This document shows, piece by piece, positions 21,089 to 32,302 of a DNA stretch of 46,085 nt. The stretch is from sequence record SRR22947727_1647, one strand, 5' to 3'. The first letter of the stretch is position 1, and every line of letters starts with the position of its first letter. The notes under the pieces are model-generated. The model was not told where the DNA came from. It saw only the letters and a list, made by a program, of their open reading frames with translations, and did not search any database. Made by a program: the position numbers and the translations under genes.

Positions 21089-21675
21089 GTTTTTTGTTAG
21101 GTCTTACAGGATCTATAGGAATGGGAAAATCCACAACAGCAGGATTTTTCAAAGATGCTGGTTGTGATGTTTGGGATGCTGATGCAGCGGTGCATCGGCT
21201 GTATGCAAAACAAGGCGCGGCGGTGGCACCTTTGTCAAACCTATTTCCAAAAGCACTGATTGAGGGTGCGATTTCAAGGCAGGTGTTAAAGCATGAATTG
21301 CAAAAAAACCCCGATTTGATTGGGCAGCTTGAAGCGATCGTTCATCCGCTTGTGGCGCAGGATCGACAAAATTTTATAGACTCGGCCCAATCAGATATCT
21401 TGGTATTTGATATTCCATTGCTTTTTGAAACCGGCGCAGATGCCCATATGAACGCGGTAATTTGCGTGACTATCGATGAAGAAGAGCAAAAGAAACGGGT
21501 GCTGGACCGCGCAACGATGAGCGAAAAAATGTTTGAGCAAATTAAATCGCGCCAATGGTCAAATTCTAGAAAATGCGAAAAAGCGGATTTTGTAATTCTA
21601 ACAGACACGCTGGAACATGTGCATGTACAAGTGGATAATTTAGTGGCAAAATTAAGGGCGGTTAAGGATGCGTGA
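21085..21675 (+). CDS. coaE: dephospho-CoA kinase
   Basis: [21 protein letters not shown] and DIPLLFE. Confidence 0.96.
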   Translation: MSFLLGLTGSIGMGKSTTAGFFKDAGCDVWDADAAVHRLYAKQGAAVAPLSNLFPKALIEGAISRQVLKHELQKNPDLIGQLEAIVHPLVAQDRQNFIDSAQSDILVFDIPLLFETGADAHMNAVICVTIDEEEQKKRVLDRATMSEKMFEQIKSRQWSNSRKCEKADFVILTDTLEHVHVQVDNLVAKLRAVKDA

Positions 21676-22381
21676 AATTGTTTTGGATACTGAAACCACG
21701 GGCCTGGATCCCAATCAAGGAGACCGAATTGTTGAAATAGGTGCCGTGGAATTATGGAACCATATTCCAACCGGAAAAACCTATCATCAATATATTAATC
21801 CCGAACGCAACATGCCCAATGAAGCCTTTCAAGTGCATGGTTTAGGGGATGATTTTTTGCGCGATAAGCCTGTATTTTCGAGTATCGCATCCGATTTTGT
21901 TGAATTTATCGCTGATTCTAAGTTGGTGATTCATAATGCCAGCTTTGATATGCGGTTTTTAAACGCTGAACTCTCATGGGTGAAACGACCACAAATCCCA
22001 TTAGAGCGCGCCTTAGACACTTTGGCCATTGCGCGGAAAAAATTTCCTGGATCACCGGCATCCTTAGATGCGCTGTGCCGCCGTTTTGGGATTGATAACA
22101 ATGCCCGCACGCTGCATGGCGCTTTGCTCGATTCTGAAATACTGGCTGAGGTTTATCTTGAGCTTATTGGCGGCAGACAGCCCGATTTTATGCTCTCTGC
22201 TCAAGCGACAACCGCAACCGAACACGCAGGCACGGATCGGCATGTTTCAGGATCAAAGCAGCGCTTAAAGCCGCTTGCCCCCCGGGTAAGCGATGCAGAG
22301 AAAAAAGCCCATCTTGAAATGGTTGCAACCCTAGGGGATCAAGCGATGTGGCGTGATCATATTTGGAAAGAGCAAACCTAG
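21668..22381 (+). CDS. dnaQ: DNA polymerase III epsilon subunit
   Basis: LDTETTG, HNASFD, LDALC and HGALLD (DEDDh). Confidence 0.96.
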   Translation: MREIVLDTETTGLDPNQGDRIVEIGAVELWNHIPTGKTYHQYINPERNMPNEAFQVHGLGDDFLRDKPVFSSIASDFVEFIADSKLVIHNASFDMRFLNAELSWVKRPQIPLERALDTLAIARKKFPGSPASLDALCRRFGIDNNARTLHGALLDSEILAEVYLELIGGRQPDFMLSAQATTATEHAGTDRHVSGSKQRLKPLAPRVSDAEKKAHLEMVATLGDQAMWRDHIWKEQT

Positions 22382-22860
22382 TTTTTGGTTTCTTCAGACG
22401 CGGCTTCGGTTTGGCGGCGCAACGCTTCGCTTCTGTAAAGCTGCATGAAATCAATGGTTTCTAGGTTAAGCGCTGGAAATCCGCCATCTTGTGTAAGATC
22501 GCTAACCACGCGTCGCAAGAATGGGAAGATCATCCGCGGACACTCAATCATAAGAAATGGATGCAGTTGTTCATCTGGAACGCCGGTCACGGTAAACACG
22601 CCCGCATATTCGATTTCTAGCAAAAAAAGCTGGTCATTCGTGTCTTTGGATTTTGAATCAATATTTAATTTGATGACTGTTTCATATTGATCGGTAACCG
22701 AGCGTTTACGTGCGTCTAATTTCACCTGTATTTGAATATCAGGTGTAACATCACCGGAGACGCCTTTTTGGGCAAGAATGTTTTCGAACGATAAGTCTCG
22801 AATATATTGCGCCAGTACGTTTACAGAGGGCTGCGCTGGTTGTGATGTCTCTTCGGCCAT
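22378..22860 (-). CDS. secB: protein-export chaperone SecB
   Basis: [21 protein letters not shown] and GGFPAL.L..IDF. Confidence 0.96.
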   Translation of the reverse strand: MAEETSQPAQPSVNVLAQYIRDLSFENILAQKGVSGDVTPDIQIQVKLDARKRSVTDQYETVIKLNIDSKSKDTNDQLFLLEIEYAGVFTVTGVPDEQLHPFLMIECPRMIFPFLRRVVSDLTQDGGFPALNLETIDFMQLYRSEALRRQTEAASEETKN

Positions 22861-22942
22861 GTCGGAATCCTTGAAAAATTATGTCGCGATTGCCTAGCAG
22901 TTTGCAGCAGTGGCCTCAATGGCGCATTGCGTTGTTGTAGGG

Positions 22943-23425
22943 TTACGGATCATTTTTAGGGGCAAGCTCTTCATAAACCCCTTCGATCGTGGTGCCAGAG
23001 GCCTGGCGTTCGCCATTTTTAGAGCTTTGCTTCGCGCCCCCTGTGCGTGCATGGGTGAATGAAAACCCATTTTGCGAATGTAGGATGCGCTGCTTAACGC
23101 GTTCAAATAGCCAAATCCGGATGTTTGGTACCAAAAGCGAAAACCCCACCGCATCGGTAAAGAAACCCGGCGTTAAAAGCAAAGCACCCGCCAAAAGAAT
23201 CATGATGCCATGCGCCAAAGGCGCGATTGGGTTTTCGAGAGTTTCAACGTTGTTTTTAAGCTGTGATAAAGCGCTCAACCCCTGTTTGCGCACTAAATAA
23301 GTGCCCAGAAACGCTGTTGCAATCACAATACCCAATGTTGATAGCAACCCGATCTCACCGCCGATCTGTATGAATAGGGCAATTTCAATAATCGGTACGG
23401 TTACAAAAAGGACGAATAGCCACAT
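22943..23425 (-). CDS. fxsA: FxsA family membrane protein
   Basis: PIIEIALFI.IG, QG and LLLTPGFFTD; adjacent to secB. Confidence 0.92.
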   Translation of the reverse strand: MWLFVLFVTVPIIEIALFIQIGGEIGLLSTLGIVIATAFLGTYLVRKQGLSALSQLKNNVETLENPIAPLAHGIMILLAGALLLTPGFFTDAVGFSLLVPNIRIWLFERVKQRILHSQNGFSFTHARTGGAKQSSKNGERQASGTTIEGVYEELAPKNDP

Positions 23426-23528
23426 TACAAAGCGCTCCTAAATATCTGTCAAGTTGTGGACTTGTGAGGCCACCTCACCTAAATAGGAACTAACGTCTGT
23501 TTTTACCACCTTTGGGAATGATCTTCTT

Positions 23529-24182
23529 ATGAATGCGATTGCGATCGAAATCTTAGTCTTGGCTGGCATAGCCATTTTTCTAATCATGCGCCTGAAAAAT
23601 GTTCTGGGAACGCGTGAAGGGTTTGAAAAGCCCAAAGCGCAATCGCCCGCCAATTTGCGCAGCCCTGATTTAAAAGTGATTGAAGGTGGCCCGGATGCCG
23701 ATATTACGGATCATGTGCCTACCGGATCTGAGCTTGCGCAAACGCTCACTTCAATAAAAGCGGTTGATTCAGGGTTTTTGGTCTCTGAATTTTTGTCAGG
23801 CTCACGCGCTGCGTATGAAATGATTTTAATGGGGTTTGAGCGCGGCGATTTGAGCGCGGTGCGTTCGTTCTTGTCGGATGAGGTGACCAATACGTTTGAT
23901 GAAGTGATCGCGCAACGTAGCTCACAAGGATTGCAGATCGAAGCTGAGTTTTTGGGCATACGCGAGATGAAAATCAACGATGTTATATTTGATAAAGAGA
24001 CGGATATGGCTGAAATAACCGTGTCTTTTATTTCTGAATTAATTTCGGTTGTGAAAAACAGCGATGGCGAGATTCTTGAAGGTGATGAAAAGCAATCTAA
24101 ACGGCAAAAAGATGTTTGGACATTCTCAAAAGATATCAAAAGCCAAGATCCGGTTTGGTTTCTGGTCGCCACAGGCGAATAA
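23529..24182 (+). CDS. Tim44/TimA family adaptor protein
   Basis: N-terminal TM segment, RLKNVLG.REGFE, FL.G..AAYEMI, DVWTF and W.LVAT. Confidence 0.92.
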   Translation: MNAIAIEILVLAGIAIFLIMRLKNVLGTREGFEKPKAQSPANLRSPDLKVIEGGPDADITDHVPTGSELAQTLTSIKAVDSGFLVSEFLSGSRAAYEMILMGFERGDLSAVRSFLSDEVTNTFDEVIAQRSSQGLQIEAEFLGIREMKINDVIFDKETDMAEITVSFISELISVVKNSDGEILEGDEKQSKRQKDVWTFSKDIKSQDPVWFLVATGE

Positions 24183-24241
24183 GTTATTGTTTTAAAAGCC
24201 TTTTAAAACTTCAAGAGTGATGAGGTGGGTGAAGAGGGCGG

Positions 24242-24853
24242 ATGAAAAAGCGGCGATTAAACAAAGAAGAAGCGGCGCTTTGGGATCAAGTTGCAAAGAC
24301 CATGCAACCTCTTCAACCGCTCAAAGCGGCTAAAATTTCAGAAACGAAAAAATCAAAACCGGTTTCTTCAAAACCAAAACCAACCCCCAGCTTAGATTTA
24401 TTTGATTTGAAAGCTTTTGAAATCGGCTCAAAGTCACAAACGGCGCTTGGCCAAAGCTTTGTGACCAGGCGCACCGGTCCAAAAGCGCCAGCGTCCAAGA
24501 CAACAGTGCAGATGGATCAGAAGTCTTTCGTGAAAATGCGGCGGGGAAAATTAGCACCCGAGGCGCGCATCGACTTACATGGGATGACGTTGAATCAAGC
24601 CCATCCCGCTTTAACGCAATTTATCTTATCTTCACAACGCGCTGGGCGTCGGTTGGTTCTGGTGATCACTGGAAAAGGCGAACGCGGCGGGCCGCATCCT
24701 GCTACATCGCGCGAACGCGGAGTGCTGCGTCGACAGGTGCCTCAATGGCTGCATGCGCCAGCGCTCAGACCAGCAATCTTGCAGGTAGATCAGGCCCATA
24801 TATCGCATGGCGGCGAGGGGGCATACTATGTTTACCTTAAAAAACGACGGTAG
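24242..24853 (+). CDS. Smr/MutS2 C-terminal domain protein
   Basis: PEARIDLHGMT, LVITGKG, GVLR..VP.WL and HGGEGAYYVYL. Confidence 0.93.
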   Translation: MKKRRLNKEEAALWDQVAKTMQPLQPLKAAKISETKKSKPVSSKPKPTPSLDLFDLKAFEIGSKSQTALGQSFVTRRTGPKAPASKTTVQMDQKSFVKMRRGKLAPEARIDLHGMTLNQAHPALTQFILSSQRAGRRLVLVITGKGERGGPHPATSRERGVLRRQVPQWLHAPALRPAILQVDQAHISHGGEGAYYVYLKKRR

Positions 24854-24914
24854 TTTTCTGTGGGTTTTGCTACATTTGGATGGCGGTTAAAGCACCGTTT
24901 TTTCATCTTGTCAT

Positions 24915-24942
24915 TTGACTGGTGCAAAAAATGCCTTATCCT
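24915..24942 (+). promoter_or_regulatory. candidate sigma70-type promoter for coxSLM
   Basis: TTGACT-N16-TATCCT, ~270 bp upstream of coxS. Confidence 0.35.
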
Positions 24943-25209
24943 TTTTCCAACTGATCTAGGTGAGACCATTTAAAAAGCGCGTCTGCGTTTGGGTTTAAAA
25001 TTTTCACTGCGATTCAAGTGTTGGAAGGGCTCTTGCCAACGCGTGGGACGTCCAGAGATTTAGTATTTGGGACCTGCGTCAAATTATCTAGGGGGAAATT
25101 AAAGTTTAAAGGTTAAAGTAACACCAATAGCTGCTCAACAAAGGCAGATCGAAAAATTATAAAATTGGTAAAAAACCAATAAGAACAAACGACCAATTGG
25201 GAGGAATTT

Positions 25210-25692
25210 ATGAAAATTTCAATGACGGTAAACGGAGAAGCGGTTTCAGGCGAGGTAGAAGGCCGTACGCTTCTTGTGGATTTTCTTCGAAATGATTTGA
25301 AGATGACAGGAACGCATATCGGCTGTGACACCAGCCAATGCGGTGCGTGTACTGTGCATGTAAACGGTATGTCCGTGAAATCTTGCAGCATATTGGCTGC
25401 CGAAGCAGATGGCGCTGATGTGGCCACGATTGAAGGCCAAGCCAATCAGGATGGTTCCTTAAATGTCATCCAACAGGCGTTTCAAGACCATCACGGGTTG
25501 CAATGCGGGTTTTGTACGCCTGGCATGGTGATGGCGGCAACGGAATTGCTTAAACATAATAAAAAGCCAACGGTTGCAGAAATTCGTCACCATTTAGACG
25601 GCAATATTTGCCGCTGCACGGGATATCATAACATCGTCAAATCGATCATGGCAGCGTCTGGTCAAGACGTGTCGTCGATCGCAGCGGAATAA
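25210..25692 (+). CDS. coxS: molybdenum hydroxylase 2Fe-2S subunit (form II CO dehydrogenase small subunit)
   Basis: [20 protein letters not shown] and [17 protein letters not shown]. Confidence 0.9.
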   Translation: MKISMTVNGEAVSGEVEGRTLLVDFLRNDLKMTGTHIGCDTSQCGACTVHVNGMSVKSCSILAAEADGADVATIEGQANQDGSLNVIQQAFQDHHGLQCGFCTPGMVMAATELLKHNKKPTVAEIRHHLDGNICRCTGYHNIVKSIMAASGQDVSSIAAE

Positions 25693-25743
25693 GTATAATT
25701 AGAAAAGCTGGGTGGGCAAACCACCACAAGGGGAGGAATTAAC

Positions 25744-28116
25744 ATGCCAAAGGATTCAGGCATTGGTGCAAGCACCAAACGGGTTGAAGATCAGCGGTTT
25801 TTAACGGGTAAAGGCCGCTACACATCAGATATTAACTTGGTTAATCAAACGCATGCTGTGTTTTTGCGCAGTGATGTGGCGCATGGCGCGATCAAATCGA
25901 TCGATACAGCCGCCGCAGCAGCCATGCCAGGGGTTCTGGCGATTTTTACGGGTGAAGATTTTGCTGAAGTGGGTGGGAATCCTGCAGGATGGGCGATTAC
26001 CAGCCGCGATGGTGAACCCATGAAAGAGCCCAAGCGCCCGGTTTTGGCGCATGGCAAAGTGCGCCATGTGGGGGATGCTTATGCTGCGGTGATTGCAGAA
26101 ACCGTTGAACAGGCCCGCGATGCTGCAGATGCGATTGTGGCAGAGATTGAAGAGCTTCCAGCGGTTGTGGACATGTCGGCAGCGTTGGCGGGTGGTCCCT
26201 TTGTGCATGATGAGATCGAAACCAACCAATGTTTTGATTGGGGTTGGATAGAAGATAATCGTGCAGCAACGGATGCGGCCATCAAAAATGCACCCCATGT
26301 CACCACGCTAGAATTGATCAATAACCGCCTTGTGCCAAACGCGATTGAAACCCGCGCGTCAACCGCGGATTATGATCCGGGCACCGGAGAATATACGCTT
26401 TACACAACCTCGCAAAATCCGCATTTGACTCGGCTGTTGATCAGCGCCTTTGTGATGGGCATTGCAGAAAATAAATTGCGCGTCGTTTCGCCGGATGTTG
26501 GCGGTGGTTTTGGATCAAAAATCTACCATTATGGTGAAGAGGCTTTGGTTCTTGCTGCCTCAAAGAAGCTATGCCGCCCAGTGAAATGGACAGCCACACG
26601 CTCGGAAAGCTTTTTGACGGATGCGCATGGCCGCGATCATGTCACCAAAATTGAGCTGGCCTGCGAAAAAGACGGAACATTTATCGCGTTTCGGACGGAT
26701 ACGATGGCCAATGTTGGGGCCTATCTTTCGAACTTCTCAACCGCCACGCCAACCTTTTTGCACGGTACGTTGATGGCGGGCAATTACACGGTGCCACATG
26801 TCTATGTGAACGTAAAAACCGTGTTTACAAATACGGCTCCAGTGGACGCGTATCGGGGAGCAGGCCGCCCTGAAGCTACGTTTTCAATCGAGCGGGTGAT
26901 CGACAAATGCGCGCATGAATTAGGGCTTGATGCGATGGAGATGCGTCGTAAAAACTTTATCAAACCTGAACAGTTCCCTTATGTCAGCGCGGCTGGCTTG
27001 GAATATGATACCGGCAATTACGATGCGCTGGTTGATAAGCTGAATGAACTGGCAGATTTCAAAGGCTTTGAGGCCCGCCGCAAATTATCAGAAGCGGATG
27101 GCAAATTGCGCGGCTTGGGGATCAACGCGTATATTGAAGCTTGCGGGCTTGCGCCTTCAAATCTGACCGGGGTCTTGGGCAGCCGTGTGGGTTATTATGA
27201 TGCGGCGACCGTGCGGGTGAATGCAACGGGTAATCTTTCGGTGATGGTTGGCGCCCAAAGCACCGGGCAAGGCCATGAAACAGCTTTTGCGCAAGTGGTT
27301 TCGGAAATGCTGGGTATTGATCAATCCTCGATTGATATCGTTCATGGGGATACGGCGAAAATACCGTTTGGTATGGGCTCATATGGGTCGCGCAGTATTG
27401 CGGTTTGTGGCCCGGCTGTGGTGCGCGCAACCGAGAAGATCATCAATAAAGCCACCAAGATCGCTGCGCATATGCTGGAAACAGCAGAGGCAGATATTGA
27501 ATTCAAGGATGGCCAATTCAGCGTTGCGGGAACCGATAAATCAGTTTCCTTTGGCGAAGTGGCTTTCAAGGCCTATGTCCCTCAAAATTATCCGGTTGAA
27601 GATCTCGAGCCGGGCTTGGAAGAAACAGCGTTTTATGATCCGGGCAATTTTACATATCCATCGGGTGCGTATGCTTGCGAGGTTGAGGTTGATCCTGAAA
27701 CGGGCAAAGTCACCGTGGAAAACTTTACCGCGGTGGATGATTTTGGCAATGTGATTAACCCGATGATCGTAACCGGTCAGGTACATGGGGGCATTGGACA
27801 AGGCATAGGCCAAGCGCTTTTGGAAAATTGCGCTTATGATGATAATGGTCAGTTGTTAAGCGCGTCTTATATGGATTATGCGATGCCGCGCGCCTCTGAT
27901 TTGCCATTTTATACGGTGGATCATTCCTGCAACACGCCCTGTACCCATAATCCACTAGGGGTGAAGGGCTGCGGTGAAGCGGGGGCGATTGGATCCCCGC
28001 CAACGATCGTGAATGCGGTTATCAACGCCTTGCATTCTGCTGGCCATACCCATGTAACGCATATTGATATGCCTGTGTCGCCAGCCCGTGTTTGGGCTGC
28101 GATCAACGCGCAATAG
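25744..28116 (+). CDS. coxL: molybdopterin-binding large subunit, form II CoxL-like (xanthine oxidase family)
   Basis: DVGGGFGSK, active-site AYRGAGRPEA (form II), GQVHGGIGQG and NPLGVKGCGE. Confidence 0.88.
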   Translation: MPKDSGIGASTKRVEDQRFLTGKGRYTSDINLVNQTHAVFLRSDVAHGAIKSIDTAAAAAMPGVLAIFTGEDFAEVGGNPAGWAITSRDGEPMKEPKRPVLAHGKVRHVGDAYAAVIAETVEQARDAADAIVAEIEELPAVVDMSAALAGGPFVHDEIETNQCFDWGWIEDNRAATDAAIKNAPHVTTLELINNRLVPNAIETRASTADYDPGTGEYTLYTTSQNPHLTRLLISAFVMGIAENKLRVVSPDVGGGFGSKIYHYGEEALVLAASKKLCRPVKWTATRSESFLTDAHGRDHVTKIELACEKDGTFIAFRTDTMANVGAYLSNFSTATPTFLHGTLMAGNYTVPHVYVNVKTVFTNTAPVDAYRGAGRPEATFSIERVIDKCAHELGLDAMEMRRKNFIKPEQFPYVSAAGLEYDTGNYDALVDKLNELADFKGFEARRKLSEADGKLRGLGINAYIEACGLAPSNLTGVLGSRVGYYDAATVRVNATGNLSVMVGAQSTGQGHETAFAQVVSEMLGIDQSSIDIVHGDTAKIPFGMGSYGSRSIAVCGPAVVRATEKIINKATKIAAHMLETAEADIEFKDGQFSVAGTDKSVSFGEVAFKAYVPQNYPVEDLEPGLEETAFYDPGNFTYPSGAYACEVEVDPETGKVTVENFTAVDDFGNVINPMIVTGQVHGGIGQGIGQALLENCAYDDNGQLLSASYMDYAMPRASDLPFYTVDHSCNTPCTHNPLGVKGCGEAGAIGSPPTIVNAVINALHSAGHTHVTHIDMPVSPARVWAAINAQ

Positions 28117-28127
28117 GAGGATCAGAA

Positions 28128-28913
28128 ATGTATAATTTTGAATTTGTAAAACCGTCCTCGATCTCAGAAGCCGTGACAGCTTTGACGGATGAAGAGGCAA
28201 CGCCGCTGAGCGGGGGCCAAACGCTTTTACCAACTATGAAACAGCGGTTGGCCAATCCTGAAAAGCTGGTCAGTCTGGCGGGGATTGCCGAAATGCAAGG
28301 CGTAACCGAGGCTGATGGCATGGTTCATATCGGGGCTGCAACCACGCATGCCACGGTTGCAGCCAAAGCACAGTCTTACCCCGGATTGGCAAAGCTTGCG
28401 GCGCATATCGGTGATCCTGCCGTGCGCAATCGGGGCACGATTGGCGGATCTTTGGCCAATAACGATCCTGCCGCCTGCTATCCGGCGGCGGCTTTGGCGT
28501 CGAATGCCACGATTGTCACAGATTCACGAGAGATTGCGGCGGATGATTACTTTCAGGGTATGTTCAGTACAGCGCTGGGCGAAGGTGAAATCGTGACCGC
28601 AGTGCGCTTTCCTGTACCCCAAGTGTCGAACTATCAAAAGTTTGAACAACCGGCGTCTCGCTTTGCATTGGTGGGCGTTTTTGTGGCCAAATATGCCGAT
28701 GGTGTGCGCGTGGCGGTAACGGGTGCGTCTGAAGATGGTGTGTTTCGTTGGAGCGAGGCTGAAGCGGCTTTGGAGTCTAATTTTTCAGCTGATGCGCTGG
28801 CAAATCTCACTGTCTCTGCGCAAGACATGATTGAAGATTTGCATGGCAGCAAAGCTTATCGCGCAAACTTGGTGAAAGTGCTTACGGGTCGCGCGGTAAA
28901 AGCGGCAAATTAA
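28128..28913 (+). CDS. coxM: FAD-binding subunit, form II CoxM-like
   Basis: [26 protein letters not shown] and PASRFA; ATG at 28128 after AGGAGG. Confidence 0.88.
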   Translation: MYNFEFVKPSSISEAVTALTDEEATPLSGGQTLLPTMKQRLANPEKLVSLAGIAEMQGVTEADGMVHIGAATTHATVAAKAQSYPGLAKLAAHIGDPAVRNRGTIGGSLANNDPAACYPAAALASNATIVTDSREIAADDYFQGMFSTALGEGEIVTAVRFPVPQVSNYQKFEQPASRFALVGVFVAKYADGVRVAVTGASEDGVFRWSEAEAALESNFSADALANLTVSAQDMIEDLHGSKAYRANLVKVLTGRAVKAAN

Positions 28914-28931
28914 AAGCCTTTAAATATTATG

Positions 28932-28961
28932 AAAAGCCCGGCCATATGGCCGGGCTTTTTT
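28932..28961. terminator. intrinsic (bidirectional-type) terminator after coxM
   Basis: Perfect 28-bp palindrome AAAAGCCCGGCCATATGGCCGGGCTTTT ending in a T6 tract. Confidence 0.88.
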
Positions 28962-29080
28962 ATTTGGAACCGCACATAAATCGACAGGTGTTTGCACTGG
29001 CGTTATTCGTTCAATCCGCCACCTTGTGCGATAGAGGTAGGAAAGATATAGAGCAGAAAATTTATATAGGAGAAGCGATC

Positions 29081-29908
29081 ATGTCCAACAGTCAGCTTGA
29101 GCAAGCCATCGAAGCCGCATGGGAAGCGCGCGATACATTATCATCCGCAACAACGGGTGAAATGCGCGAGGCGATTGAAGAGACGCTGAACGCGCTTGAT
29201 GGGGGCACGCTTCGCGTGGCTGAAAAGCAGGAAAGCGGCGATTGGCATGTGAACCAATGGGCTAAAAAAGCGGTTCTGCTGGGGTTTCGAATTCAAGATA
29301 TGGCGATTCAAGACGGCGGCCCCCAAGGTGGTGGCTGGTGGGATAAGGTCGATAGTAAATTTAAAGGCTGGGGTGATGAGCAATGGCATGCAGCAGGGTT
29401 CCGCGCGGTCCCAAATTGTATTGTTCGTAAGTCTGCTTTTATCGCGCCGGGCGTGGTGTTGATGCCGTCCTTTGTTAATTTGGGCGCTTATGTGGATACT
29501 GGTACGATGGTAGATACGTGGGCCACCGTGGGCTCTTGCGCGCAAATTGGTAAGAATGTGCATTTATCGGGCGGCGTTGGAATTGGAGGCGTGTTAGAGC
29601 CGATGCAAGCCGGCCCAACAATTATTGAAGATAATTGTTTTATCGGCGCGCGCTCAGAAGTGGTGGAAGGCTGCATTATACGCGAAGGGTCTGTTTTGGG
29701 TATGGGGGTTTATATTGGTAAATCCACCAAAATTGTTGATCGTGAAACGGGCGAGGTGAGTTATGGTGAAGTGCCGCCCTATTCGGTTGTGGTGTCAGGG
29801 TCGATGCCGTCAAAAAATGGCGTCAGCCTGTATTGTGCGGTTATCGTGAAACGCGTTGATGCTCAAACGCGCAGTAAAACCGCAATTAACGATTTGTTGC
29901 GCGACTGA
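29081..29908 (+). CDS. dapD: 2,3,4,5-tetrahydropyridine-2,6-dicarboxylate N-succinyltransferase
   Basis: [32 protein letters not shown] and CAVIVK; ATG at 29081 after AGGAG. Confidence 0.97.
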   Translation: MSNSQLEQAIEAAWEARDTLSSATTGEMREAIEETLNALDGGTLRVAEKQESGDWHVNQWAKKAVLLGFRIQDMAIQDGGPQGGGWWDKVDSKFKGWGDEQWHAAGFRAVPNCIVRKSAFIAPGVVLMPSFVNLGAYVDTGTMVDTWATVGSCAQIGKNVHLSGGVGIGGVLEPMQAGPTIIEDNCFIGARSEVVEGCIIREGSVLGMGVYIGKSTKIVDRETGEVSYGEVPPYSVVVSGSMPSKNGVSLYCAVIVKRVDAQTRSKTAINDLLRD

Positions 29909-29934
29909 TATTTTAGTGCAGTAGAATCGCCGTT

Positions 29935-29963
29935 AAAAAGCCCGCCAGATGCGCGGGTTTTTT
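29935..29963 (+). terminator. intrinsic terminator after dapD
   Basis: AAAAAGCCCGC-cagatgc-GCGGGTTTTTT. Confidence 0.8.
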
Positions 29964-30152
29964 TATTCTCTGAGATGTATAACCCGTTTATTTTGCCCTT
30001 ATTTTAGCGTTTTAAAACCCGCCCTTTCGGTTTTGTAAAGCGCTTGAACAATATTTATAATTTTGTCATTTTGATAAATATAAAAAAGCCCATGCGCTGG
30101 ATTTGCATTTTTTTCGTCTAATCTTTAGAAGCGCGTGTAATGAGGCAAAGTG

Positions 30153-30500
30153 ATGAGCGACACGTCTAAAAAACCAAATCGTCAGAAAGTTTATACGTTG
30201 TTGGTACAAGTTGGCCGCAGCCCCGAGGATGATTTGCCTAAAAGCGCAACCGGGGCGGCTTTGCTCTGTTATGCCAGCGGCGTGGATGAGGCGGAAGCCG
30301 TGCGTGAAACTGTGGCTATTTTGAAACAGGCGGCGCTCTCTCCTTTAGATGTAACGGGTTATGGAACGCGCGAAGAGCGGATCGCGCAAGGGCATGAAAT
30401 TGACTCAGAAGAAGATGTATTGATGCAACGTGCTTTAGATGAAAACTCTGTCATCGTTGCGCAGATGAACGCGCTTTATGAAGAGCAGGCGGATGGATAA
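30153..30500 (+). CDS. hypothetical protein
   Basis: 115-aa acidic ORF with GAGG SD, coupled to the next gene by TAATG; no function recognised. Confidence 0.8.
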   Translation: MSDTSKKPNRQKVYTLLVQVGRSPEDDLPKSATGAALLCYASGVDEAEAVRETVAILKQAALSPLDVTGYGTREERIAQGHEIDSEEDVLMQRALDENSVIVAQMNALYEEQADG

Positions 30501-31147
30501 TGGCCACAGTATTTCTTGATCTTGATGGAACCTTAACAGATGCTGGGGAAGGCATTTTGAATTCGGTAGATTATGCTTTGCGCAAGCTTAGCCTGCCCGG
30601 TTTAAGCGGTGATAATCGTTGGATTGTAGGCCCGCCGCTCTGGCCCAGCTTTGCCCAACTTGGGGTTCAAAACGATGATTTAGACCGCGCGGTTGGGTAT
30701 TATCGCGAACGCTATATCGAAATGGGTTGGAAGGAAAATAAACTTTACGATGGTATTTTAGACCAATTGGCAAAGTTGAAAGAGGCGGGCTATACGTTGT
30801 GCCTTGCTACGTCGAAACCGCATAGTTATGCGCGCAAAATTACGGCTTATTTTGGTATTTCAAATTTTATGAGCTTTGAATTTGGCTCTGAACTTGATGG
30901 CAGAAATTCGGATAAACCGGCCCTTTTGGCGCATGGTTTAGCGGTTGTTGGCGCCGAGGGTGAGCGGGCGATTATGGTGGGCGACAGAGTCTATGATATT
31001 CAGGGCGCGCAGGCCAATGGGATGAAAGCGCTGGGTGTATCTTATGGTTACGGGGGCCTTGTGGAATTGCAAGAGGCCGGCGCAGATGCAATTATCAGTG
31101 ATCCGCAAAAATTGGCAGAAACCGTATCTGGCCTTTTGCCCCTGTAA
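30500..31147 (+). CDS. HAD family hydrolase (phosphoglycolate phosphatase/5'-nucleotidase-like)
   Basis: DLDGTLTD, GPPL, ATSKP, MVGDR.YD and GV.YGYG. Confidence 0.9.
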   Translation: MATVFLDLDGTLTDAGEGILNSVDYALRKLSLPGLSGDNRWIVGPPLWPSFAQLGVQNDDLDRAVGYYRERYIEMGWKENKLYDGILDQLAKLKEAGYTLCLATSKPHSYARKITAYFGISNFMSFEFGSELDGRNSDKPALLAHGLAVVGAEGERAIMVGDRVYDIQGAQANGMKALGVSYGYGGLVELQEAGADAIISDPQKLAETVSGLLPL

Positions 31148-31156
31148 GGAAACCTA

Positions 31157-32302
31157 ATGACTGGTATTGACCCCGTTGCGCTGAGTGCAGATTTGATTCG
31201 TTGCCCTTCGGTTACGCCGGCTGAAGCTGGGGCGTTATCTTTGCTTGAAACCTTATTGGGCGGGCACGGGTTTGCCTGTACGCGAATCAAGCGCGGTGGC
31301 ATCGACAATTTATTTGCCCGCTGGGGCGTTGGTAAAAATGGAAAAAGCTTCGCTTTTAACGGCCATACGGATGTTGTGCCGGTTGGCGATCTTTCGCAAT
31401 GGCAAAGTGATCCTTTCGGCGGCGATATAAAAGAGGGCGTGCTTTATGGGCGCGGCGCGGTTGATATGAAATCAGGCGTGGCGGCTTTTGCCGCCGCTGC
31501 GATTGAGTTTGTAAATGAAACACCCCCTGATGGATCTGTGGTTCTGATGATCACAGGCGATGAAGAGGGCGATGCCCATCACGGAACCACGGCAATTTTG
31601 GATTGGATGCGCGAGGCGGGTGAAAGCATAGATCATTGTCTCGTGGGTGAACCCACCAGCCCCAATCATATGGGGGAAATGATGAAAATCGGCCGCCGCG
31701 GCTCTTTAACCGCGTTTATAACGGCAAAAGGTGTACAAGGGCATTCTGCTTATCCACATCGCGCGAAAAACCCGTTAACCGCGCTTGTGGCGTTGCTGGA
31801 CCGGTTGGCTACGCACCCGCTCGATCAGGGAACTGCGCATTTTGATGCTTCAACTTTGGCGATTACCACGATTGATACGGGCAACACTGCCACCAATGTT
31901 ATTCCTGCTGCCGCTAAAGCCACGGTGAACATCCGCTTTAATGATACGCATAGCTCGCAGGATCTGATCGCTTGGTTGGAAAAACAAGCCGCGCAGCAAA
32001 GCACGAATAGCGAAGTTGAATTTGAAATCGATGTAAAAGTTTCTGGTGAAAGTTTTCTCACCCCGCCAGGGCTTTTGTCACGGCTTATTGGTGACGCGGC
32101 CGAAGCCGAATTGGGTTGTCGCCCTGCGCTTTCAACCACGGGTGGCACATCCGATGCGCGTTTTGTGAAAGACATTTGCCCGGTGACGGAATTTGGTTTG
32201 GTCGGACGGGGTATGCATGGCGTGGATGAATGCGTTCCAGTGGAACAAATACACCAGTTGAAAGCGATTTATCGGCGCATTCTGCAGGCCTATTTCGAAT
32301 GA
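31157..32302 (+). CDS. dapE: succinyl-diaminopimelate desuccinylase
   Basis: [32 protein letters not shown] and GGTSDARF. Confidence 0.97.
   Translation: MTGIDPVALSADLIRCPSVTPAEAGALSLLETLLGGHGFACTRIKRGGIDNLFARWGVGKNGKSFAFNGHTDVVPVGDLSQWQSDPFGGDIKEGVLYGRGAVDMKSGVAAFAAAAIEFVNETPPDGSVVLMITGDEEGDAHHGTTAILDWMREAGESIDHCLVGEPTSPNHMGEMMKIGRRGSLTAFITAKGVQGHSAYPHRAKNPLTALVALLDRLATHPLDQGTAHFDASTLAITTIDTGNTATNVIPAAAKATVNIRFNDTHSSQDLIAWLEKQAAQQSTNSEVEFEIDVKVSGESFLTPPGLLSRLIGDAAEAELGCRPALSTTGGTSDARFVKDICPVTEFGLVGRGMHGVDECVPVEQIHQLKAIYRRILQAYFE

Noticed and set aside
23461..23484. RpoH-type promoter (CTTG...CCTAAAT) before tim44
   Set aside because: The spacer is several bases shorter than the recalled consensus.
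25744..28116. Bona fide form I CO dehydrogenase
   Set aside because: The active-site motif is AYRGAGR rather than AYxCSFR, and the gene order is S-L-M.
28946..29080. 45-aa N-terminal extension of DapD in the ORF track
   Set aside because: The upstream ATG lies inside the coxM terminator palindrome; the SD and family-typical start are at 29081.
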